DNA of 64,000 nt, from NCBI RefSeq assembly GCF_003704095.1, contig NW_020845387.1, positions 186,001 through 250,000 of the forward strand. The letters run 5' to 3'. The stretch is from Pocillopora damicornis (Eukaryota). This document shows positions 1-12,685 of this stretch, in pieces. How positions within the stretch are numbered: the first letter of the stretch is position 1; every line of letters begins with the position of its first letter. The notes under the pieces are model-generated. The model searched no databases and was not told where the DNA came from. It saw only the letters and a program-made list of their open reading frames with translations. A program made the translations under genes and the position numbers.

Positions 1-1704
1 TTTAACTGCTGCTGGCAAATGACAATTTTTGAAAACAGAATTTAAGGTTTTTTCTTCACTTTCATCATTTCCTTCTTGGTGATAATTTAGAAGCCCAGAT
101 AAAGTTTGCATCACAGAACTGCTGTCGGACATAACAAAAGAATCTTTCTGAGTGACACCACTTGTAGACCTGGCTAGTTTTGAGGCAGCCTGAGTTTCAA
201 ACAGTCTCAAAGTATGTGTGACATCTGTCTCATTCATAGAGGTTTTTGGTATGGAAGATGGAGGGTAAACATTTGAACAATTTGTCAGAAGAGAGAGGAT
301 GCTACCACAGCCATCTTGTTCCTGAAGGATGTGCTGCTGCTCTTTTTCTTGTGGTGATAACAAGTTTTGTACAAGTTCCACTTCTGCAAATTTTTCAACA
401 AGTAATTGTGTAATGGCTATTTCAGCAGCATGATTATCTCTTCTATGGGCCCTCATTATGTCCACAGTAGAACTGCTACTGGAAGAGCCACTGAGTCCTG
501 TGTTTTCTGAATTTTCTCCCTCAGAGAATCTTGGTGAGTTCTGTTTGCTCAGGGTTTTAACATCCTTTTCAATCCCTTTTGTCCTTGGTGATTTAACTTT
601 GCTTTCTGGAGATGTTTTCTGGAAGAATGATTTACCAGTTGGAAAAGTTTCACTGATATTGACTGGTTTCCTTTTTGGGCTGTTACAACTTCCATCTGTC
701 AAAGACCCTGTTCTTTTTTTGTTTTGTTCTATCATTTGTGAAATTTCTTGTTCTTTGAAAGAGATTTGAGTAGTTAAGTTTTCAACTTGTTTAAGCAATT
801 CTCTTTCTCTATCACTCTGTTCTCTAGCTTGTTTTTCATCTGCAGCTTTTTCCTCTGCTTGCCTTCTCTTCTCGTCTGCTTGATAATCTGCTAGAGAATC
901 ACGTAACATCTTAATTTCTCCATCTTTACAGAATTTATCCTCTTCCAGTCTTTTCACTGCAGAGTTTGCAGCAGCACACTCAGTTTTGAATCTTTCAATT
1001 TCTTTTTTCAAGTTGTCCATTTCTGTTGGCTGACCACCTTCTGAGAGCCTTGGCACAAGACAATTACCTCTTTCTGCTTTTCGAACATTGTTCCCACCTA
1101 CATCACTACTGTGTATAGAAACTACGCCATTACGCTGGTCCACGAGTGAATTCAAGAATGGTTCACCTTTTACAAAGGGCTTGATATTATTAGGTGCATG
1201 TAATTCCATTGAATTAGCTAAAGAGACATAATCTTGTGTACACTTGACTTCGTGATTCTCATCAAGACCCACGTTCGAGGAAAGAGTGACATTTCTACCA
1301 GCAGTACTTTGCTGTTGGTGTAGTAGATGTAAATTGGATGAAGCGAGTCGATCACATTCGTCCAAATGTTCAGCTGTCAAAAGATCGTTGTCGTCGAGGT
1401 CATCTTCCAAAGTGTAAAACTCTTCGTCATCAAAAGCATCGAGTGGAAGGTCACGACAAGCTTCCTGTGCCACAATATCATCTGCTTTTCTGTCAGATAA
1501 GCTATGGCAACTTTTAAACTTTTTGTGCGGTGATTCCCGATGTACAGGGGTTCGTACCACTGATTGAGCATGGACAACACTTGCCGAGTTCCTATGCTGA
1601 GGTTCAAGCGGATTGCTTACTCTTGAGCATGATGCAACCGGGTTGTAGATAAAATTTCGTCTCTTCTGATTTCCCAGAAAATTGTTGTTGATGGAGTTTG
1701 CCAT
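1..1704 (-). CDS. ATRIP: ATR-interacting protein (ATRIP)-like, 5' part; frame runs off the left edge of the window
   Basis: ATG at 1704 (ACTATGG, in-frame TGA upstream at 1737) opens MANSINNNFLG...ESPHKKFK...DDLDDNDLLTAEHLDECDRLASS...FCKDGEIKMLRDSL...SDREKELLKQVENLTTQISFKEQE. The acidic N-terminal motif and the coiled coil match ATRIP (F/LTAxxLxExDxLAS; KxGEIKxLRDSL; LxFKxxE). It is absent from the ORF track, consistent with no stop before position 1. Confidence 0.82.
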   Translation of the reverse strand, partial: MANSINNNFLGNQKRRNFIYNPVASCSRVSNPLEPQHRNSASVVHAQSVVRTPVHRESPHKKFKSCHSLSDRKADDIVAQEACRDLPLDAFDDEEFYTLEDDLDDNDLLTAEHLDECDRLASSNLHLLHQQQSTAGRNVTLSSNVGLDENHEVKCTQDYVSLANSMELHAPNNIKPFVKGEPFLNSLVDQRNGVVSIHSSDVGGNNVRKAERGNCLVPRLSEGGQPTEMDNLKKEIERFKTECAAANSAVKRLEEDKFCKDGEIKMLRDSLADYQADEKRRQAEEKAADEKQAREQSDRERELLKQVENLTTQISFKEQEISQMIEQNKKRTGSLTDGSCNSPKRKPVNISETFPTGKSFFQKTSPESKVKSPRTKGIEKDVKTLSKQNSPRFSEGENSENTGLSGSSSSSSTVDIMRAHRRDNHAAEIAITQLLVEKFAEVELVQNLLSPQEKEQQHILQEQDGCGSILSLLTNCSNVYPPSSIPKTSMNETDVTHTLRLFETQAASKLARSTSGVTQKDSFVMSDSSSVMQTLSGLLNYHQEGNDESEEKTLNSVFKNCHLPAAVK

Positions 1705-2129
1705 AGTACAGGAAGCCAAAATACTTCGTACATTTCATTAAGAATCGAAGTTTACCGCGAATATTCTGTAACCCGTGGAGATTGCTGGGATTCATTGTTA
1801 GGGTTGAGACCGCTGAGCTATAGCAATGCAGACGTCTTTTTCAAGAAATCGGCTTCAGTCTTACGCGGTCAGATAACATATAACTTGGAGCCCCAAAGAA
1901 TTTCATCGAAGTCGCAAAAATATAGGAAACAAAAACTAATTTTACTTTTGGAAACCAAAGCTTTTTTCCGAGCCCTGATTTAGTCTCTATTTGTCAAACC
2001 TACCAATTTTTCAAACCAAAAATTATTTTCCCCAAAACCGCGAGGTTGGAAAACGCTTACCTTCGAGAGGTTTATTTATTTGTAGATATCCTTGATAAAA
2101 ATAGCATTAAAAGAATGTTCTCCTTTTGA

Positions 2130-2640
2130 AAATATACGTGGGCACCGATGTCTCTCACTCCTACCCCTCTATTATATTACTTAGTATCTCATCTCCCACC
2201 GAACAGACTTACCTGTATTTCCGTCATCTCCTGAGCCTGCCATAATTTTATTTTATCTTATATCCCCTCCCTTTTTATATGAATCATTCTCTCCTCCCTT
2301 ATTTGTACCTTTGAATCTGCCATCTCCCAGCCCCCTTTATGTGAATCGAGAGACGATCCCTTGTATGAACCCGTCTTCAACCCCTCCCTTACGGTACCGT
2401 TAAATCTCATTCCTTATCTCACTATGTCTAACTTTGTGTATTTCGTCTCCAAACCCCCTTATGTGCATTTATATCTTATCTTCCACCTTTCTTCAATCTT
2501 ACATCTCATTCCTAATCGATTCCCCTCTATTTACATCCTTATCTTTCAACTCCCACTTCCATATGTACTTTCACATTACGCCTTCCCTTTCCCATGCGAA
2601 TCGTTTATCTTCCATGGCTTTGAATCTCAGTCCACACTGC
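2130..2640. repeat. Pyrimidine-rich degenerate low-complexity/minisatellite tract
   Basis: About 500 bp of C/T-rich, G-poor plus strand with recurring atctc / cccctccctt / ttatgt / gaatc words. Confidence 0.55.
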
Positions 2641-3388
2641 CATCAGCAGTTAACTGAAGTCAGGAAAAGCTTAGAGGTTGACAGATGGATTAAGTGTCCT
2701 TTTTCTTGAAACCTTATAAAAAGAAATACAGCGTAAAAAAAGAAAACTCTAGGCTGACGCTAGATACACTTGCAGGATTTATGGCCTCAAAGTTTTTTTC
2801 AACTGCCAAAGAGCACAGAGGAAACGAAACTGTTTGACGTAAATTTAATGCTGATATTAACTATCAAGTGATACAAAAGTGTTTCAGTACAACAAGTGTA
2901 TAAAGCAGAACTTCAGTATGTCGATCATGAAATGATGTACGGAAAAAATGACCGTTACGTTAACAGATTATTTGACCGGTCAGTCAGTAAGTCAGTCAGT
3001 CATGAGATAACGTACAACAAAGGCAGTGAACAGCATACAGGTCAATATTAATTAATTGTGGAGAGAGTAAAATTTTAAAAGCTTTTACAGTCCGTAATCT
3101 TAGAATGACGGCGGGTAAGCCAAATAAACCGCTAAGACTTATGTTTGAACGTAAAGATGATTGCATACTGAACTTTGCTGAGAATCAACTCTGAACTGAA
3201 ATGTCATGTCAAAAGGCCTGACTGTGCCCCACAATACTGTTATATTTACATATTTACATATATATTTACAAGCCATATACACTTTCTTCTAATTTATACT
3301 TCACTCCTGCGTCTTTCTTTATGGACAATAAATAACTCTTCAGTGGTAGATGAAGAAACTTTCCAATCATGTCTGATCGATTCATAAA

Positions 3389-6300
3389 CTACTTAGTAGC
3401 CAACAAATATTGAGGGGGAGCTTCTGGATTCTTTTCAATGTTTGTCACCATGATCACAAACTCTGAGGAAAGAAATGATTATCTCAATATAATGTAAATT
3501 AAAAAAACAAGTAGATCATCTTAGTTTGGGCATTTCGTTATGGGAGGGATTTTGTTAAAAGGGTTAAGTGGTCTTATAAAGAGAGTTTATCTCAGTTTCT
3601 GTAACATGAAACGACGAGGAGTGTTGCCGCTTTTACTTTACAGGATGTTATTCCACCTTGTTTTTTACTGGTAGCCATTTATTATCATGGGTGTCTTAGC
3701 TGAGAACGCCAACACAGTTACCCATACCCGGCCGGAAACTCGAACTCAGGCTTTTTAAAACCAGACGGTAACTACCGGGCCACATTTTCTTTCCCGCTTC
3801 AGATTTTGAGACATGTGCAATATGATATGATATTTCTTCTTTACTTTTCTCGATCATATATCTCCCGAACAATATCATTTTTTAATTTACTAGATACATT
3901 TATTGTCTGAAACTGTCAAGATATCAAAGAGCAAACTGTCCACAAACAGTTTATTAGTTATACCCTCAAAGTTGATGTATCCGTCTCCATTCAGATCCGC
4001 CTCTTTCATCATTTCACTGACTTCTTCCTCTGTTAACTTTTCTCCGAGGCTCGTCATCACATTACGAAGTTCTGAATGACTGTCGGAACAATCAGTCAAG
4101 AAATAAGTAAGTAAATATATATAAAAACTAAAAAACATGGGGCCCATTCTTGCACATTAGAAAATTGAAACAGGGAAATAAAGCAGGTATTGTATATTTT
4201 TTCCATTGTTACTGACTCGTTGTTGGAATGAGACGAGGTCTGGAACTGATAGAATTACCTAGAACATAGGTGAATAAGCCATTCTGTGGAGGCTTTTGGA
4301 ACATTGCTTAATTCCGATTATCCCGGCCCTTAACGCCTGACGGTATTATTTATAGCAACTTTTTAAAGGGTTACTTACCACTAAATGTAAATTAGAAAGT
4401 ATTGACTGGCCGTGTCTTATATAAATAAAGATATCTTTTTACTTAATTGTCAGACGTTCTTGACTTCAAAAGAATTGTAAAATGAACTGCGTAGAATTTT
4501 ACTTTTGAAACCTAACTAAGTGTCAAAGGTTGAAAATACCTAATCATTCCGTCTCCATTTTTGTCAAACACTCTGAATGCCTCTCTTATTTCGCTCTCAG
4601 TGTCTCTCGCTTGCATCTGTTTCTTCATCATTAACAAGAATTCTTCAAAATCCACCTCACCGTTTCCTTAAGATAACAAAAGGATTTCGTATTAGCTGCA
4701 TTATTATATTTCGTGAACTGAATCTCCGCATAAACATACGATTCAAACTAAACATAATATATTAGAAGTTAAATGAAAAAAGCAGAAATAACAGTCACGA
4801 GTGTGTAACGAAATGAAATTCATCGTATTCCAACAAACATCATCTTGCGTTAAAGATTGCAACACGGGTGAACGAGTTGGAGACAAAAAAATATAAGAAC
4901 CCAAACTAAAATGTGCTGCATCACGGGCAGCGATTCGTTTAAGTCGATTCTTCCAGTATGCAACTGCAATTTCAACTATGTGGTAGCATTTTGACATCTG
5001 TTCGACGGTAAGATGGTTAGTCTACGAACTTGGACCAAAACAAGCCCTAAGTGCTATGGGTTTTTTTCCTTCTAAAATTGTTTTGAAATTTTAACGTCCT
5101 TCTTCTGCTTCCACAAAATGGACGACTTTTCCTTACTTATTTGAGAACTTCTCAGTGTACTTAATCAACACTTTCGCGATCTTTTGTTCAAACTGTTCCG
5201 AGTCACTACTTTCCAAAAAAGGCCATTATCCACTTCGTACGTAATTCCAGTGCTATAAAACACGACCCTGACAGGAGGGGTTAGCCACACCTAATACTAA
5301 GTAATCCTTCACTTGCGGTAACACTACTCATCCTACAACTGAAACTTGCTTTCAAAACGGACCGCGAAATATTGGAAACCCTCTCCGATCTAAGGGTACT
5401 CTATCGTACTGCTTTACACAAGCTACTGGTCATAACAACAGCTATTTTCACTTGCGGTTATTTGATATGACTGCCAAAGGTTTTAGTTATCATGAAAGAT
5501 ACAACTGAGATCAAATTTTTTCAAGATGTACTGATGGTCAAATTCTTGACAGTAAATAAGCATCCGCGACCATTTCGCGTTCGGCCACTAGACATTTATA
5601 TTTTATTTTTACATAAACACTTTAATTTATTGATTCTTTGTTGAAACTACTAGGAAATATGTCCATTATTTGATTCAAACAAAAGCCGGATTAATCGGGC
5701 AGACGGGCTGTCGACAGAAATTCTGAAGGGAATTTGAAATAACTAATCCAAAAAACAATGCAAATAAAGGTTTATTTTCAAATTAAGACCAAATAAGACC
5801 TTGACATTGTGATGTAATTTATTTGTAATTCAATGTTAAATTCATAGGGCGGTGTTTTGATGAGAGATAATCCCATTATTGGTGGTTTAAAATTATATTT
5901 CAGTATAGAGCTTTTTTTTTCACCTGAACAATTAACTCTTAAAAAAGCCGTCTTTATTTAGTAGTGTTCAAAAACAACTATATATGCTTCCAACCAAACA
6001 CTAAAGATCTGGGAAAGCTGCGATATCGTGACATTTTCAGCAGCGTTTAACCTATGTACATGTACAGATATTTAACAAGTTCCCAAATATCTAAGGGGAA
6101 TGCTGCTTTAATGCGACAGTGGTTTAGATAATTCACCCTGCTCCAAAGATGCTCGCTAAAGAAGAGCGATCTTTTTAAGGAACATGAGGTTACTTAAGCT
6201 CGCTGGCTGCCGCACGTCTTTCGCGAAAAAAGCCTAAGAACATCTGATAGCAGCTTAACAAAACTCAAACAGCATCCCATACAGAAAACTGATGAAAACT

Positions 6301-9300
6301 GATTGAAAATGAGTCCAAACGATACTCCTGATTAAGTATCTCGTCTCTGCTAAAGCGTTGTCGTAGCTTCAAACAGCGGGATACGCCTTTAAAATTTACC
6401 AAAATGAGATGACAAGTTGTACCTCGTGGACACAAGTTTAAATGGAGTACAAGATGCTGGATGCTTTTTTGGTAAAAATAACATAATTTCGCAGATGAAT
6501 GAAGTCTCTCTGTCAATCACAAAGAGCTGGTTATGTTTGAATTGATCAAGCCTCATGGATAAGTTAATCAAACTCATTTCGTGAGTTGAAAGATTTATGA
6601 CAAATTTGGTTTGGAAAAATTATTATTATTATTTTTTTTAACTACGCTGTTTGGCTTCAGGCACTGAAACGCTTTTCTTCCGAGATAATTTGTGCCCTAG
6701 TTTTTAAGATCCTATGTGAAGAACGTAGGATCTTAAAGACAATGAACTGAAAATTCCCAATTTTGAAGAAAGCCTTTCTTGTTCAATTAAAGAAAGTCTG
6801 GAAATACTATCGACGCGATAGATTGAGATATAGGTATGTGTAAACACTTTCTTCGCGTCGAGCTAACTGCAACAGCTGACGACCGGCTGATTAATTCATT
6901 TATGTTCCCGGTTGTTTTTTAAGAACTTATTCACTTTGGCATTCGCTTTACATGCGCTTCTTTTTCATTAAATTGCCTTTTTTGTTTGCTCCAAAAGAAA
7001 ATGTGCCGCTCTTGACGTAAGTTGAAATAGATCAACGATTTCATAGCCTTCTTCACTCTAAACAAGACACGTTTCGGTGCTGATTAAATCAAATAAGTCT
7101 GAAACGTGACTTCCTGATCGAGTCCAAATGAAGCGTGAAGATATTCCAGATTTTTCATGATATTCGTCTCAATTTGACTTCCCCTTTCAGTTACCATAGA
7201 ATGCCAAAACTCATCTCCGCTCAATCACCGATAAGAACAGGCTCAATGTGCAGCGGTGGCTAAAAAGCTCAATCATTCCAAGGAATGTATTTTGAATGTG
7301 CAAACTATCTCTACGTCCCAGGCGCCATTGCTTTACATAGCGTGTACTCATGGCCCTGTAAGGCGAAGACCATGTTTAGGAAGCTCCATTAATATTGGTC
7401 TTAGACAATGAAAATGTTAACACCTATGTTCGAACTGAGAAAACTTAGAGTCAGTACCAGACTGTTTGATCCGCCAAAAAGAACAGCCAAAGAATTGACC
7501 ATTATCTCTCCTTATCTCACCATTCGACAGTTGGATTTCATTGCGACAGAAAATAACTAATCAATGTTTGTTTATCATTGAAATGCAATATGAGATTTGA
7601 AGAAAAGTCCACTAAAATTTACATACCAAAGATCACCAATGTGTTTGGTTGTTTGATCCGGAGAGAAATGAATAGAAAAACACATTCAAATTTCCAAATA
7701 TTACAAAGCAAACAACTTGGTCATTTCTTCCGATTGAAATCATGCAATATTTCCATTTCGCAAAAATCTTATCTTTTTGCAGCTTTTTATCATGTGAGCC
7801 TTTTTTTACTAGTAATATATTGTGTTAGGAAATTTTTTTCAAACCTGCGCGAATCGAAAATAAGCTTCACTAATAATTGAAAAAGATTCGTATATCGGCA
7901 TGGTTCTATGTTTATTTTTTCGGTAAAAACTTTCCTGAAAATCACGCACCGATGAAGAAAATGAACGAAAGTCGAGTCTCTAAAGAACAGAAAAAGAAAA
8001 GCTACTAAAGAAATTAATTGATTTTGAGGAACCATCTGTGATTAAAATTTTGAAGGAAAAGGGATGCATGTGTTTCTTGCACTCATTAGAAAACAAAATC
8101 AATTTTCGTGAAAGCGTTTGGAAATTGGAAAGTGTATAGTAATACGTGCATAAGGTTTCATTATGTTAATCTGGATTTCCTTGTAAGTGGACAGAAAAAT
8201 AATGGAATCTAAGAAAAATTAATTTTCCATTAAATTTGAAATATTTCTCACTTTTAAACAAGAAAAGTGGTTAATCTTAAAATTTTTAAGCCCTTGCCGA
8301 TAAAATTTGCCACTCGAGAAAGAAGCTAGTAAAAAATCGCCAGCCGGCTGCAGAAAATTCACATTATTGTTAGGACGTGTTTGGTGATTAAGTGTAGATT
8401 AATTTTTCCTTTTTTCCAGCGGGGCCGAACGGAATCCCACAGGGAACAAAAATGGTTAAAAGTGAAGGAGTCTCCGCTTGATTTATCACATTTCACTTCT
8501 AATTCTATATTGAAGAGAACGTTTACAAATACAAAATCTTCCTTCTCACGTTTCTGCAACACTTTACACATTTGCGCAAAATCTACACAAAACCGAACTT
8601 GTTAAAGTTTTTGTAATCCAGATAAAATAAACCAGATTAAAAACTGTTCTGGTTTATCCTACGAAATTCGTCAACTTTTTGCAGTAAGTATGATTTTTAT
8701 TTGTTTCTGTGAAGATTCTCGAAGGATTTTCGTCAGCTGACAGTTAGGCTGAGGAGCAAAACTTTCAAGTGACCTGACATTTAAGACAAAAGCAATTTAC
8801 CATCCACATCGACTTCGCGAATCATTTCCTGGAGTTCGTCTTCAGTTGGGTTCTGTCCAAGAGACTTCATTACTACTTCGAGCTCTTCATTCGAAATAGT
8901 CCCACTTCCATCTTTGTCGAAAAGCGAGAAGGCCTCACGTAACTCTGCGCACGAAGAGATAGTTTAGCTTTATTACAAGCGCTCTCGTCTGGTCAGCGCA
9001 ACATTGTAGTGTTACAATCAAAATACATAAATAACATCTCTAGATATTTTAAAGTTAAGCGACGTCTTACCATTAATTTGTTCTTCAGTAAGTTGGCGTT
9101 CAACCTAAAAAAAAATAAAAACATCGGACACCGAGCTAAAGCGAGTAAACGCCTTGGAAGAGGCATAAATAAATCCCAACTTATCCTCTATGTCTGAGCC
9201 TTGCGCGCGCTATCTTGCATTTGAGTTTATAACCCAATGCGAGTATTCATTTAAACGAGCGAGTTGCAGACTAGCCGCAATCAGCGCAGTGCTAAAACCC

Positions 9301-9339
9301 CAAAAAAGTTATTTATCGTCTGTTACAAATATTCACCAT
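3389..9339 (-). CDS. Calmodulin-like protein B (4 EF-hands, 165 aa, extended C-terminal tail)
   Basis: Exons 9339-9337 (ATG only, least certain), 9104-9071, 8944-8801, 4666-4540, 4079-3964, 3462-3389; all GT-AG with matching phases. Protein: [34 protein letters not shown]...[12 protein letters not shown]...[12 protein letters not shown]...[35 protein letters not shown]. Too divergent to be canonical calmodulin. Confidence 0.9.
3570..3785 (-). mobile_element. Degenerate SINE-like repeat in the last intron of calmodulin-like B
   Basis: Shares blocks with 63155-63370 (ttatctc..ttctgtaaca, ggatg.tattccacc, gtgtctt). The minus strand has Pol III B-box-like GAGTTCGAG near 3768-3776 region. Confidence 0.45.
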
Positions 9340-9497
9340 GATTTTGAAGTTTTTTCGCGTCGAGGGAACTTTCTACTCGGCGGCTCATACACCTCAGTTT
9401 GCGGTGGACGGATGTTTCCAATGATAAACAACTACAGATCGTAGCAATCAATACATACGGACAAATTCGCATAAATTTTCTAATGTTTGGCTGTCTC

Positions 9498-9505
9498 TGA
9501 CGTCA
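9498..9505. promoter_or_regulatory. Perfect CRE palindrome TGACGTCA upstream of calmodulin-like B
   Basis: Exact 8-mer about 160 bp upstream of the ATG at 9339, in a CpG-containing stretch. Confidence 0.45.
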
Positions 9506-12500
9506 TAACGTTTTGTGTGCTCGCCGAACACTTTGGGCTAATTTCCATTTGGAATTTAATGACTCTCTCCAGCACCTGTCTCAAATTAAAATACCTGGGT
9601 CTGATTGGATGAAAAGCCAAACCAAGGTTGGTCCTCTCATTATGAGACACAGCAGAATCTTGTTGAAGAAACTTCTCTTTCTTTATTTTGTCTGTTTTAG
9701 AGAATTAATGATCCTCTGTACTACAGCCAAAGATCTTGTTGTCCAGCTTGGAGACTATGTAATAACGGCTGATTAATTGCTATTTCTTTTGTGGAAAAGG
9801 AGAAAAAAACTCTTCCAGAAATAGCTGATATGAATAATGGCCATAGCCGTTTACGAGGTGTCAATGGCTAAAATTTATTATTGTTGAAAAACGTTTTGAA
9901 TTGTATCACTCAAACCCCAAGGCGAAGTGTAAAGACTACCAGTAGTTTGCTGTAAAGCTATCGATAAACGGCCAAGACATGATGGTCAGGAACTTCTCGT
10001 ACACCACGTTTGAATTATATAATTGTGACTTGTGAAGTTAATTACAGGCTGTTTTGTATGTTATCAAATATTGGTGTTTGTGGAGGATTATTGCCACAGA
10101 ACTGCTTTAGTGCTTTTAAAATAATCTGGCCTTAACGTACTGATTTGTTTCTTAGCTTGATTATAACGACAATTTTTGTAAAAAATTAAGGTCAGGGCCT
10201 AAACTGCGGAGAATAATCAAATATTTGCCTTTGGGAGAACAATTTTATGAATAAACCGTGAACATATTTGGTCAGAAATAACTTGACATGAAAAATATAA
10301 GAATTGACCCAGGCGTGAAAATGGATATTTGTTCATTTCTGCTTCAGTGTTTCAACACTGCTGACAGCAAGCGATCTTGTCCATTTCAGCTTATCTGTTA
10401 TCCTTCATTTCCTTCCCTGCCTCGTCAAATAAATCTTGCGATCAACTTTTTCTTACACGATTGTTGTGTGCGTAATTACGCAGACTTTAAAAAGTTTCCC
10501 TGATATTTTGAGTATTCACAATGAGTAGTGGCGTTTTCTTTGCGAGGGAAAAATGCCCTAAATGCGTGTTTCCCTGAACGTTTCCTTTCTCCTCCTTTGC
10601 ATTCTTTTTCATTTACATACATTGCGTGTTCATAAAAAAGTTCCCTGAGGGAAAATTGGGAGAAACTTTCCGCTTAGGGACATTTTGTCTGTTATTTCAT
10701 TTCATCTGTCAAAATGTTTGCATTACTTATATCAACAGTTACCATTTACCGTCCCTGTGCAATTGGACCAAAATGTTTATCTTTTTTATTGCACCGCAAA
10801 CCAATCTTTGACTCAGATAGAACCAAATTGCAATGTTTTGAAAGTTTGCCGTAATTAGGCCTGATCAGCATGTAACTTTAATGACGTGTGTGTTATACCG
10901 ACATCTTCAGTCCTTGATTGATTGATTTGCTTTCGTAGATCAACAAACCGGATTTCCGTATCAACCTTTACTTAGGTAAACGTTGCCTTTAAACTGGGTT
11001 GCCACAAAGTTTACAATATCATAATACTACACAAGGGCGCAAGCAAACACTGAGTTTTGTCACAAGGGAAATGAACTATACAAACTACTCCGGTATTTGC
11101 AACACAAACGTGAAACATTGCTCAAAGACAAAGACAGTCATTCTCTCTCATCTTAATTGTCTCATTTCAAACGTCGCTCACAAAATGAAAACCTAGAACC
11201 TAGAGAGAAACTCATCAGAAACCCCAGGGACTCTCAACTGTCAGAGAGATTAGAGGATGCATGCTGGCCGACAAGAGTGCAGATTTCTGCGAAGAAGGCC
11301 TACTGTATGATGCGCATGTGCATAAGTGAACTTAGGGTGAGCGCGGGGATGGGAGGGGTGAGTGGTGGAAGTTCAACTAAATCTGTAAATTCATCATTTG
11401 ACAGCAACTATAAGTTTTCAGCCTTCTGCAGCATAGAATGACTTACAAAGCCAGTTTCATGTAGATTTTATTGATGTTTCAGTTATTGAGTTAACTGTGC
11501 ATGAGAAATGCCAGAGTAAAAATGTAAAACTGACAAGCTGATCTCCATTTGAAAGATCACCTCAGTTCATAACTTGCTGCAGGTTACAAACCCTTGCTCG
11601 TCGCTGATCGCTTATCGCAACCAAAAGTAATAACTTATCTTCTATAATTTTATGATATGGCTGATGGTAAATAACTCTCTTATAGTACAAAGATATGCCA
11701 ACTCCATCTAAAATCACTTGTACTCTTTTCTTTAAAAATGTAATGAAAATCTTAACAGTACTCATGAATAAATGACAGAAATTGTTTAAGAAGTAATTTT
11801 CAGAGACCAATAACTATGTAAACCGTGATTAATTCAACGGTGGAAATTTTTGGTGGCATATTTATTGTATGGCAAGAGGTTAGATTTCTCATCATAAAAT
11901 CAGAAAAAATTAACTTTAAGCATCTAAAAAAACACTGAAAATTGTTTTCTTAATTTCAAGCTTCGTACGTTATCTCCTCTTCAAGAAATATGCAACAGAA
12001 TTCGACTAAGCCTTTAATTTTTTATTAAAGCAAATGTCTTTTTGTGCTCACATCGAGCAGAATCGCGATAAATTAAAAATAAATAGAATGAATAAAACCT
12101 TCCCACTCAAATTAAACTTTATCCAAAATTAGGCTAATAACGCATAGAAACGACTTATTAAATTGCGACAAATAACTATTTATATTTCTCCTTATAACAT
12201 ATAGCTGAGAAATGATTCTTAGTTGTAATGAGGCTTCTTTTAAAACTTTAAACTCGATCTTTGCAAGTCAATTATATAATCGCTCGCGCGATATAATCTT
12301 CATTTTGAAGTGAAAAGAAAAATCCTTGTCGTGATTCATTTCAAGCTATAATAATCATATGATAACATGTGACCATGTGAGATTTGAATAGTGTATGAAG
12401 TGTACAAACTTCCTCTGTGAAAAAACACAGCGGTGTCAAGCACATAGGCCATAAAAACATACCGGCGGTGGATCTCGATGAATCGTTTGCCTTTTTGCAC

Positions 12501-12685
12501 CGCAAAACGCCTCCCTTTTTAATCATAGTTATATACTTTGACGGCATTTTCAACTTGTAACCTTTGTTGATAAAGGTAATGGGATGTGATTATACTCAAT
12601 TTGGACAATTGCGGTGGCTTACATCAAGCTTTAAAGCTCTCTGCCTTTTAAGCCCCCGAGCACTTTTTACATGGCAAAAACATCG

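Noticed and set aside
458-769. 103-aa plus-strand ORF
   Set aside because: Antisense shadow of the ATRIP coding region.
6288-6315. CTGATGA...GAAA hammerhead-like string (similar strings near 8735 and 52410 on the minus strand)
   Set aside because: Stems II and III cannot pair.
9595-9640. Alternative first exon for calmodulin-like B (MRGPTLVWLFIQSDP, phase-1 donor)
   Set aside because: It would have to skip the well-formed exon 9104-9071, and a single instance is compatible with chance.
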